DNA of 43,054 nt from Nemertoderma westbladi (taxonomy: Eukaryota > Animalia > Xenacoelomorpha): contig JAUCBJ010004665.1 of NCBI GenBank assembly GCA_032718475.1, forward strand, positions 1-43,054, read 5' to 3'. Positions within the stretch are counted from its first letter, which is position 1, and the number at the start of each line of letters is the position of its first letter. Position numbers and translations under genes: made by a program. The notes below the pieces were generated by a model. That model was given only the letters and a program-made list of their open reading frames with translations, was not told the origin of the DNA and ran no database searches. Shown here piece by piece: positions 11,837 to 21,432 of this stretch.

Positions 11837-12877
11837 TTAAACTCTGATCTTCATTTCCATTTTCTCCATCGGTACGAATCTCCCAGGGTCAGTAAATGTG
11901 TACCAATAGGGTCCCTCCCAATCCTCCCTACCGTAGACGCCGTTTAGATTGGAGTAGCTGCACGACCGATACCACCAAGCCCCTATGTGGTTGACGGCGC
12001 AGTTTCCGGAAGTAGCCTCGTTGTCGCTGTCCTTAGTGGAGAACGGTTGTCCATCGAGGTAGGTACCCCCACCGGGACTCCCGTAAAGTATCGAATCACC
12101 AGCTGTACCGCTGTATCCGGATATCTGTAGCCTGTAATTACTATTAGAATCACCGATACTGAAGTTATTATACTCGGCGTACTTGTGTTCTCCTCGGTAC
12201 CAAAGATCGATCCTCAGTTTGACTCCGCCTTTGGTAAGTTCATAGATGTTGTCGAGTCCTATCCAAAAGTTATTTTCTACGGCACCGAAACCATGGGTGT
12301 ATTCCGACCATCCCAGATAGAAATCCTCCGACCCATCTATTCGTCTCTGTATCACTACCCAGGGGCCCCCGGGGACTGTGTCATCGCAGCGAAGTGAACC
12401 ATCCAATCCATTGGGGTGGCTGATGAAGGAATTGAAGTCCTCTGGGGTATTCGAGCAAATCAGTGCAGGGAGGGATGTTGGCTGGAGATCCGAGATCTTC
12501 TGTGTTAGATGAGCAATACTCTCATCCATTTTTCTAAAAACTTCATCTAATTTCCCAATACGTTGATCAACATTATTATTTTGAATTAAAATAATCTTAA
12601 TTTCTTCCTCAATGTTGTTGTACATCACAAACAACAACGTAGCTAACGCCGCTCCTACAAACAACATAACCACTACCCCAACAACAACTCCAACCCACCA
12701 TCTTCTTACTGAAACAACTCGTCTCTCAGTAACGGCGTTATTGCGTCCTATAACATTCTGTGACGTATGTTGTGGAATCGCGTTATCCGATATGACGTCA
12801 TAGACACCTTCCGGTGATCCTGCTGGAATTTCCTCCATCTCAATTTCTGTATCGCTATATATTCCATGATGAGCCAT
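11837..12877 (-). CDS. Type II transmembrane fibrinogen C-terminal domain protein A1 (FReD; FIBCD1-like architecture), 346 aa, intronless
   Basis: Acidic Tyr-containing N-tail; RR then TM WWVGVVVGVVVMLFVGAALATLLFVMY; heptad-like stalk; complete FBG motifs GGPWVVIQRRIDGSEDF, YTHGFG, FWIGLDNIY, YRLQISGYSGTAGDS, FSTKDSDNE, CAV..GAWWYRSCSYSNLNG, EMKIR. Confidence 0.93.
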   Translation of the reverse strand: MAHHGIYSDTEIEMEEIPAGSPEGVYDVISDNAIPQHTSQNVIGRNNAVTERRVVSVRRWWVGVVVGVVVMLFVGAALATLLFVMYNNIEEEIKIILIQNNNVDQRIGKLDEVFRKMDESIAHLTQKISDLQPTSLPALICSNTPEDFNSFISHPNGLDGSLRCDDTVPGGPWVVIQRRIDGSEDFYLGWSEYTHGFGAVENNFWIGLDNIYELTKGGVKLRIDLWYRGEHKYAEYNNFSIGDSNSNYRLQISGYSGTAGDSILYGSPGGGTYLDGQPFSTKDSDNEATSGNCAVNHIGAWWYRSCSYSNLNGVYGREDWEGPYWYTFTDPGRFVPMEKMEMKIRV

Positions 12878-13337
12878 GTTCAGTTAATTGATGGATTGGA
12901 TAACAAAGCTACTAGTAAAGTTTGTTGTTGGTATAGAGTTTGTTGCTTTATGAGATTTCGGTTGATTTCGAGAATTTTTAGGGAGTTAAATATAATTTCA
13001 TATGTAATACATTTACTTCGCTACTTACATTTACAGAATGTGTCGTAAGTTAATCAGGATAAACTTTTATACCAATAAATAAACCAATTTTAGGAGGAAT
13101 AAGTGTCAGAATATTTATTTATGCTGATATATAATAATGCCAAGATATTTGTTATGCTACTGTATTGTAGTAATGAACGTGTATTACCTATACAACAGTA
13201 CAGGAGGGTAATTTTTCGTGTTTTGGCTCCAAATCGCTATAAAGCACGTGATGAAACTATAAGCCGTTAATACAGTTACACAGTAATAGTTATAATTAAT
13301 ATTATAGTAGGGGAATTACTGACTGGCATTAACCCGC

Positions 13338-14627
13338 TCACATAATGCATAAAAAAAACCTTAACTTAAATTTAGTTGGACACAAATACACGAGTTGGGC
13401 CTTCGTGCAGGATAACTCTTGTGTTGGGCCTTCGTGCAGGATAACTCTTGTGTTGGGCCTTCGTGCAGGATAACTCTTGTGTTGGGCCTTCGTGCAGGAT
13501 AACTCTTGTGTTGGGCCTTCGTGCAGGATAACTCTTGTGTTGGGCCTTCGTGCAGGATAACTCTTGTGTTGGGCCTTCGTGCAGGATAACTCTTGTGTTG
13601 GGCCTTCGTGCAGGATAACTCTTGTGTTGGGCCTTCGTGCAGGATAACTCTTGTGTTGGGCCTTCGTGCAGGATAACTCTTGTGTTGGGCCTTCGTGCAG
13701 GATAACTCTTGTGTTGGGCCTTCGTGCAGGATAACTCTTGTGTTGGGCCTTCGTGCAGGATAACTCTTGTGTTGGGCCTTCGTGCAGGATAACTCTTGTG
13801 TTGGGCCTTCGTGCAGGATAACTCTTGTGTTGGGCCTTCGTGCAGGATAACTCTTGTGTTGGGCCTTCGTAATTGTCGTTAGAATCTGCAATGCTAAGGT
13901 TCTGGTACTCGGCGTATTTGTGTTCGTCTTTATACCAGTGATCTACCCTAAGTACTACACCATGTTTACTAAGTTTATATATCTGATCTAAACCGATCCA
14001 GAAGTTCTTCTCTAAGTCACCGAAACCGGAAGTGTAATTCACCCAATTTAAATAGAAATCCTGAGAACCATCCACACGTCGCTGTATTACAATCCAGGGG
14101 CCGCCAGGGACTGAGTTGTCGCACCTCGTAAATCGTTTTATACCGAAATGGTGGTTGATGATAGCGGTGGTGTTTAATGGGGTATTTAGGCAAACAAACA
14201 TAGGGTCGAGTTGCATCCATAGTTCGAAAACTGTTAATTTGTCGCTTAACTCAGAATTATTCTTGTTCAACTTACGTATCTCTTTTTCATAAAACTCATC
14301 CAATTTCTTAAATCTTTCTGCAACATATATATTTTGAACTGCCATATTGGATTCTAGTTCTTTTATATTCTTAGCCATTTTACTACCAACCAACAAGGGT
14401 ATTATAGTGACAACCAGAATAACAGTGACTACCAGACCAGCTACTACAACCCCCCATCGTCTACCCGACATTCTATCTCTACCATTCAATCTATCATTCC
14501 CAACTCCGCTGTCCGTAGAAGTTACCGGATTTTCATTAATATTACTCGTAGATACAATCTCGTAACTTTCATCTGGAATTTCCTCTAACTCAACTTCAGA
14601 ATATTGACATACATTTTGGTTCGCCAT
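13338..14627 (-). CDS. Type II TM FReD protein B1, FBG domain truncated after SIADSNDNY and read in-frame into a 29-bp repeat (possible pseudogene)
   Basis: Tail with YSEV and YEIV; TM WGVVVAGLVVTVILVVTIIPLLVG; coiled-coil-like stalk; GGPWIVIQRRVDGSQDF, FWIGLDQIY; lacks the Ca/ligand-binding P subdomain. Confidence 0.7.
   Translation of the reverse strand: MANQNVCQYSEVELEEIPDESYEIVSTSNINENPVTSTDSGVGNDRLNGRDRMSGRRWGVVVAGLVVTVILVVTIIPLLVGSKMAKNIKELESNMAVQNIYVAERFKKLDEFYEKEIRKLNKNNSELSDKLTVFELWMQLDPMFVCLNTPLNTTAIINHHFGIKRFTRCDNSVPGGPWIVIQRRVDGSQDFYLNWVNYTSGFGDLEKNFWIGLDQIYKLSKHGVVLRVDHWYKDEHKYAEYQNLSIADSNDNYEGPTQELSCTKAQHKSYPARRPNTRVILHEGPTQELSCTKAQHKSYPARRPNTRVILHEGPTQELSCTKAQHKSYPARRPNTRVILHEGPTQELSCTKAQHKSYPARRPNTRVILHEGPTQELSCTKAQHKSYPARRPNTRVILHEGPTQELSCTKAQLVYLCPTKFKLRFFLCIM
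13394..13870. repeat. 29-bp minisatellite, ~16.4 apparently identical copies
   Basis: Unit gttgggccttcgtgcaggataactcttgt. Confidence 0.97.
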
Positions 14628-14822
14628 TTATTACTGCAATAAATAATGTGTCACCTCTTATATAAATTTTTGAATCCACTTTTCAACTTTTCAGGGCAAT
14701 ATAAAGTAATTTGAAGGTAGATAAGATATGGATAAAGTTTCAAACTAAAATTACTTGTAATGAAAAAACCAACAAATAGCTGCATAAAATTGTTGGAACT
14801 TCTTTCAAGAGCTCAGTGCCTT

Positions 14823-15733
14823 GAAAATGTTTCAAATTTTCGATTTTTTATTTTTAATTTCATCTAGAGCAGAATTTAATGAGGATTTCAAATCTGAAAA
14901 CGGTTTAGTGAGATCTCTTTTACTTTTCGAGTTATGGTTGTCTGTCCGTCTGTCTCTCTTTTGGTCTGACTGTCAGAATGCAACAATGTTCATGTTACAA
15001 AATTTATATTGTCAGTTAGCTTTAATATTTTGTGGAATCTCGACTGTCTGTCTCTCGGACTGTCCCTCTAATATTTTTGCAGTCATACAGACCCTAGATA
15101 GACAGAAAAGATTCAGCTAATTACGAAAACTGACATCGGAAATAAAATTACCGACCACGAAAACCCCCATAGAGAAATTTTTAGCTATTGTGTTCAAATT
15201 ATTATATTTTGACGGACAAACCGACAGACAAACTGACACACAGACAGACATCAGATAGTCAGTTAGAAGACTAGATTTTCCAAAAAAAAGGAAAACTGAC
15301 ATCGGCAATGAATTCTCCTACCAGGAAAACCCCCATAGGTAGTATTTTGGTGTCGTATCCTTCCGCATAGGCAGACTTAATTTATCACATTATATTCTTT
15401 CATATTCACATAAAATAATTGGCGGGAAGGTTTAAACTAAAGAGTATTATCTCGGAATTACATTTTTTCACACAAAAAACACTACTCCTCCCCCATTTCT
15501 AAACTTTTTTTGTGATTTTTTATTTTTATGAAAGAAAATTTAATAAGCTTTAATATTCTTCGGCCACTTTTTTTGATTTCAGAATATTTCCGCATTTTTT
15601 TAAAGAAAAAACATAAAAAACGTGGATTTTTTCAATTTATAATAATTTTGAATTTTTTTTTACAAAATTTCCAATTCTCCGAAATAGAAAATGAAAATAA
15701 AAAAAAGTGGCCGAAGAATATGATGAAAATTAA
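14823..15733. mobile_element. Degenerate non-autonomous DNA element relic (duplicated, longer copy at ~21715-22965)
   Basis: Opposed gtct/agac microrepeats, repeated gaaaactgacatcgg and gaaaacccccatag, inverted pair atattcttcggccacttttttt / aaaaaaagtggccgaagaatat; no coding signal. Confidence 0.45.
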
Positions 15734-15772
15734 AATTAATCCAATTAATTGAAAATAAATTATATTATGAAA

Positions 15773-17195
15773 AGTATATATTCAGATACAATAACTATAC
15801 TCTACTAATAATATGTATACATACAGCAGTATATATTCAGATACAATAACTATACTCTACTAATAATATGTCTACATACAGCAGTATATATTCAGATACA
15901 ATAAATCTACTCTACTAATAATATGTATACATACAGCAGTATATATGCAGATACAATAACTATACTCTACTAATAATATGTATACATACAGCAGTATATA
16001 TTCAGATACAATAACTATACTCTACTAATAATATGTATACATACAGCAGTATATATTCAGATACAATAACTATACTCTACTAATAATATGTATACATACA
16101 GCAGTATATATTCAGATACAATAAATCTACTCTACTAATAATATGTATACATACAGCAGTATATATGCAGATACAATAACTATACTCTACTAATAATATG
16201 TATACATACAGCAGTATATATTCAGATACAATAACTATACTCTACTAATAATATGTATACATACAGCAGTATATATTCAGATACAATAAATCTACTCTAC
16301 TAATAATATGTATACATACAGCAATATATATTCAGATACAATAACTATACTCTACTAATAATATGTATACATACAGCAGTATATATTCAGATACAATAAC
16401 TATACTCTACTAATAATATGTATACATACAGCAGTATATATTCAGATACAATAACTATACTCTACTAATAATATGTATACATACAGCAGTATATATTCAG
16501 ATACAATAACTATACTCTACTAATAATATGTATACATACAGCAGTATATATTCAGATACAATAACTATACTCTACTAATAATATGTATACATACAGCAGT
16601 ATATATTCAGATACAATAACTATACTCTACTAATAATATGTATACATACAGCAGTATATATTCAGATACAATAACTATAATCTACTAATAATATGTATAC
16701 ATACAGCAGTATATATTCAGATACAATAACTATACTCTACTAATAATATGTATACATACAGCAGTATATATTCAGATACAATAACTATACTCTACTAATA
16801 ATATGTATACATACAGCAGTATATATTCAGATACAATAACTATACTCTACTAATAATATGTATACATACAGCAGTATATATTCAGATACAATAACTATAC
16901 TTTACTAATAATATGTATACATACAGCAGTATATATTCAGATACAATAACTATACTCTACTAATAATATGTATACATACAGCAGTATATATTCAGATACA
17001 ATAACTATACTCTACTAATAATATGTATACATACAGCAGTATATATTCAGATACAATAACTATACTCTACTAATAATATGTATACATACAGCAGTATATA
17101 TTCAGATACAATAACTATACTCTACTAATAATATGTATACATACAGCAGTATATATTCAGATACAATAACTATACTTTACTTTACTAATAATATG
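15773..17195. repeat. 55-bp AT-rich satellite, array 2, ~26 copies
   Basis: Same unit and same terminal junction (tatactttactttactaataatatgctatcagc) as array 1. Confidence 0.97.
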
Positions 17196-18412
17196 CTATC
17201 AGCTCAACTGTTTATCTGATGTCGGAAGTTTCAAGTAAAATATAATTCAACTTTACTTTATTAGATCGCGTAATTTATTGATATTCTTTATTACACATTG
17301 TCACATTATCCGAAGGATTACTAGGTCATATTAAATTAATAACGTTTATTTTTTTGGTTAGATATTGGTTTCGTTTTCTCCGATATGGGATTTGCGCCCA
17401 GTTCCCCCCTGTCTCAGCCTGGGCTAGCTGGGACTTTCCAAAATCAATAATTATTATATCAATATGTTCAATTTATTTGTTCATATGGGCTACACTTGGA
17501 ATCACAAATATAATTATTAACCTTTCGGTCACATTAACCTTTATTATACTGTAATAGAAAATTATAATAATATAATAAGGCATCTTGTCAAAGTGATATA
17601 AATTGGGATGGATGTTATCGGGGGTTGAACCAGTGCTGTATTGTATCATTTCAAGTAAATAAATATAATAAGGTCGATTATGGTATTTAATAACCAAAGG
17701 AGGTTGTATGAGTTATGTATAGTATTATTTTGATTATTTGTATGGAATTTATTTCGCACTATCAAATCGCCAGGACGATTTGGAATTTAAATCGTAGTGC
17801 GACATTATTTCTCAGTATGTCTCTACGCCATACATTTTACTATCTATTTCCAGTATATTCAGTTAATATCCAGTATGTCACCGCGTCATTATTAGGTTGT
17901 TCTAGAAAGTTTAAGTGCAAAACTACAAATAATTCCCCACAAATAAATAAAATTAGATTAGCCATTGTTCATAATTAGCCCTTCAAAGCTTTTACGGCCC
18001 TCGTTCTATTACAAAATCACTCGTGCCGTAACGCTATAAAGTGCTATTCTATGTACAATGACGTATATAATAGTTAATATCATAAAGAAAGTAGTGATGT
18101 AATTATGTTGATTTAATATAAAGAACAAATTATTCGAAGTTTAAAAAGTTTTCTACGGCAGTTTTTCTGAATTAATAACAAAAAAGTTATTTACTATATC
18201 ACGATATTTATTAACAACTAATTACTAATAATTAATTATTATTTATAATATTGGTATGCTAATTAAGCGTAAAAATATCAACCGAAATTTTTTGTATCCA
18301 GCAACTTAAATTAATTAACTAGTCAAAACGAAAACAATTAAATAAAGTTACAATCTACAAAAAATGTACAAAAACCGAATTATATAATAAATAGTTAACA
18401 ATAGTAGATTCG

Positions 18413-20233
18413 CTAAACTCTGATCTTCATTTCCATTTTCTCCATCGGTACGAATCTCTCAGGGTCAGTGAATGTGAACCAATAAGGTCCCCAACCCTCC
18501 CCCTCCCTCCCGTAGACGCCGTTTAGATTGGAGTAGCTGCACTCCCGATACCACCAAGCCCCTTTGAGGTTGACGGCGCAGTGTCCGGACCAAGCATCGT
18601 TATCGCGATCCTTAGTGGAGAACGGTTGTCCATTGAGGTAGTGATACCCACCGGGACTCCAAAGTATCGAATCACCAGCTGTACCACTGTATCCGGATAC
18701 CTGTAGCGTGTAGTTTCTAATAGAATCACCGATACTGAAGTTATTATACTTGGCGTACTTGTGTTCTCCTCGGTACCAAAGATCGATCCTCAGTTTGACT
18801 CCGGCTTTGGTAAGTTTGTGGATGTCGTCTAAACCCAGAAAAAACTCGCTCTCCACCTTACCAAAGCCGGTAGTATAACTGATCCATTCGCGAAAAAATG
18901 ATACTGATCCATCTACCCGCCTCTGTATTACTATCCACGGACCTCCAGGGACTGAGTTGTCGCACCTAATGACCCCATTTACTCCATTCGTATGGTTGAC
19001 GAAATCGGTGGTGTTTACTTGAGTGAATAAACAAATATATTCAGGGTGAATCTGCGACAACTTGTCCTCCAGGTCGTTATTTCTTTCTGTTAGATCATTA
19101 ATACATTTATTCAATTTCCTATTACTTTCATCTGGCTTATCTATCTTTTCCGATAGATCACCAATACTTTCATATAAATTACTCATTCTTTCATCATTTT
19201 CTACTTTGTTATTGTATATTTTTTCAGAGCTATCTCTCAGCTTGTCGTTTGTCTGTGTAAGGTTGTCACCTAAGTGACTAATCTCGTACTGCATCTCTGT
19301 GGTAAATTTGTGTTGAAGAAAGTAAAATTCAGTTACTACAGCCGCACCCACTAACAACACTACCAACACTCCACAGACAACCCCAATCCACCATCTCCTA
19401 ACTGAATGAAGTCGGCTTTCATTAACTGAGCCATCCCTATCCAGAATACTCTGCCGCTCTGTAACTCCAATACTATCTCGAATTATCTGTGATGGATGAG
19501 GTTGCGTGACGTTATACGGGATGTCTTGATATATATCTTCCTGTGGACCTGATTGAATTTCACCCATTGGAACTTCAGTATCTCTGTAGGTACCTATCTG
19601 TGGACCTGAATGAATTTCACCCATTGGAACTTCAGTATCTCTGTAGGTACCTATCTGTGGACCTGATTGAATTTCACCCATTGGAACTTCAGTATCTCTG
19701 TAGGTACCTATCTGTGGACCTGATTGAATTTCACCCATTGGAACTTCAGTATCTCTGTAGGTACCTATCTGTGGACCTGATTGAATTTCACCCATTGGAA
19801 CTTCAGTATCTCTGTAGGTACCTATCTGTGGACCTGATTGAATTTCACCCATTGGAACTTCAGTATCTCTGTAGGTACCTATCTGTGGACCTGAATGAAT
19901 TTCACCCATTGGAACTTCAGTATCTCTGTAGGTACCTATCTGTGGACCTGATTGAATTTCACCCATTGGAACTTCAGTATCTCTGTAGGTACCTATCTGT
20001 GGACCTGATTGAATTTCACCCATTGGAACTTCAGTATCTCTGTAGGTACCTATCTGTGGACCTGAATGAATTTCACCCATTGGAACTTCAGTATCTCTGT
20101 AGGTACCTATCTGTGGACCTGAATGAATTTCACCCATTGGAACTTCAGTATCTCTGTAGGTACCTTCCTGTGGACCTGAATGAATTTCACCCATTGGAAC
20201 TTCAGTATTTCTGTAGAGACATTCCTGTGCCAT
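18413..20233 (-). CDS. Type II transmembrane FReD protein A2 with ~12x tandem Tyr-motif cytoplasmic tail, 606 aa, intronless
   Basis: 19-aa repeat TYRDTEVPMGEI[H/Q]SGPQIG; RR then TM WWIGVVCGVLVVLLVGAAVVTEFYFL; longer stalk than A1; complete FBG domain ending FSTKDRDNDA...GAWWYRECSYSNLNG...EMKIRV. Confidence 0.92.
   Translation of the reverse strand: MAQECLYRNTEVPMGEIHSGPQEGTYRDTEVPMGEIHSGPQIGTYRDTEVPMGEIHSGPQIGTYRDTEVPMGEIQSGPQIGTYRDTEVPMGEIQSGPQIGTYRDTEVPMGEIHSGPQIGTYRDTEVPMGEIQSGPQIGTYRDTEVPMGEIQSGPQIGTYRDTEVPMGEIQSGPQIGTYRDTEVPMGEIQSGPQIGTYRDTEVPMGEIHSGPQIGTYRDTEVPMGEIQSGPQEDIYQDIPYNVTQPHPSQIIRDSIGVTERQSILDRDGSVNESRLHSVRRWWIGVVCGVLVVLLVGAAVVTEFYFLQHKFTTEMQYEISHLGDNLTQTNDKLRDSSEKIYNNKVENDERMSNLYESIGDLSEKIDKPDESNRKLNKCINDLTERNNDLEDKLSQIHPEYICLFTQVNTTDFVNHTNGVNGVIRCDNSVPGGPWIVIQRRVDGSVSFFREWISYTTGFGKVESEFFLGLDDIHKLTKAGVKLRIDLWYRGEHKYAKYNNFSIGDSIRNYTLQVSGYSGTAGDSILWSPGGYHYLNGQPFSTKDRDNDAWSGHCAVNLKGAWWYRECSYSNLNGVYGREGEGWGPYWFTFTDPERFVPMEKMEMKIRV
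19535..20218 (-). repeat. 57-bp in-frame coding minisatellite, 12 copies
   Basis: Unit on + strand: ctgtggacctga[t/a]tgaatttcacccattggaacttcagtatctctgtaggtacctat; length is a multiple of 3 and the frame stays open. Confidence 0.95.
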
Positions 20234-20610
20234 GTTGAAGGTAATTTACAAAGTTGTAGGTGAAAATTCGTTATAAAGAAAAAATAGAGAGAAATCTAGC
20301 TGTCACTTACAATTAATAATATCTTGACATTGAATAAAACGTACGTGCAGATGATGTGTTTTTTGCGACAACTGAATGGTAGGACTGGCTATATAAGTAC
20401 AGGCAGATGATATGTTTTAAACGGAACTTTATTTCTTCAAATATGTTTCTAATTGGATCAGCAATTAATGTTCTGTGTTTCCCAATAGAGATATTATCTA
20501 TCGCAAATAAATGCTTATGTGATGGAATGCTTGGCCGCTATGAAATAAATGGGAGTGTTGAAAAATCACCTCGTGGGAAATTTTATAATGATGTTTAAAT
20601 CAGATAGTAA

Positions 20611-20662
20611 GAACAAATAGTGAAGAACAAATAGTGAAGAACAAATAGTGAAGAACAAATAG
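20611..20662. repeat. 14-bp minisatellite, ~4 copies, at the truncation point of gene B2
   Basis: Unit gaacaaatagtgaa. Confidence 0.85.
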
Positions 20663-21432
20663 ATAGTGAGAACGTAATTGTCGTTAGAATCTCCAATGCT
20701 AAGGTTCTGGTACTCGGCGTATTTGTGTTCGTCTTTATACCAGTGATCTACCCTAAGTACTACACCATGTTTACTAAGTTTATATATCTGATCTAAACCG
20801 ATCCAGAAGTTATTCTCTAAGTCACCGAAACCGGAAGTGTAATTCACCCAATTTAAATAGAAATCCTGAGAACCATCCACACGTCGCTGTATTACAATCC
20901 AGGGGCCGCCAGGGCCACTGAGTTGTCGCACCTCGTAAATCGTTTTATACCGAAATGGTGGTTGATGATAGCGGTGGTGTTTAATGGGGTATTTAGGCAA
21001 ACAAACATAGGGTCGAGTTGCATCCATAGTTCGAAAACTGTTAATTTGTCGCTTAACTCAGAATTATTCTTGTTCAACTTACGTATCTCTTTTTCATAAA
21101 ACTCATCCAATTTCTTAAATCTTTCTGCAACATTTATATTTTGAAATGCCATATTGGATTCTAGTTCTTTTATATTCTTAGCCATTACTACCAACCAACA
21201 AGGCTATTATAGTGACAACCAGAATAACAGTGACTACCAGACCAGCTACTACAACCCCCCATCGTCTACCCGACATTCTATCTCTACCATTCAATCTATC
21301 ATTCCCAACTCCGCTGTCCGTAGAAGTTACCGGATTTTCATTAATATTACTCGTAGATACAATCTCGTAACTTTCATCTGGAATTTCCTCTAACTCAACT
21401 TCAGAATATTGACATACATTTTGGTTCGCCAT
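20663..21432 (-). pseudogene. FReD gene B2: near-identical to B1, two frameshifts and 3' truncation
   Basis: 2-bp deletion at ~21186 gives a stop right after the TM (84-aa ORF 21178-21432); 2-bp insertion at ~20915; FBG homology ends at DNYVLTI. Confidence 0.88.

Noticed and set aside
12770-12877. Calling the tail motifs ITAM or ITIM
   Set aside because: Spacing and flanking residues do not meet the YxxL/I-x6-8-YxxL/I or [ILVS]xYxx[LV] consensus; reported only as acidic Tyr motifs
14655-14666. TATATAA on the minus strand upstream of B1
   Set aside because: Only ~30 bp from the ATG, altered context in B2, and common in AT-rich DNA
11140-17978. Duplicated 87-aa ORF MYSIILIICMEF... (11140-11403 and 17715-17978)
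   Set aside because: Conservation is explained by the recent duplication; no recognisable domain
19543-20238. Plus-strand 231-aa repeat ORF
   Set aside because: Antisense shadow of the A2 coding repeat; only the minus frame is homologous to A1
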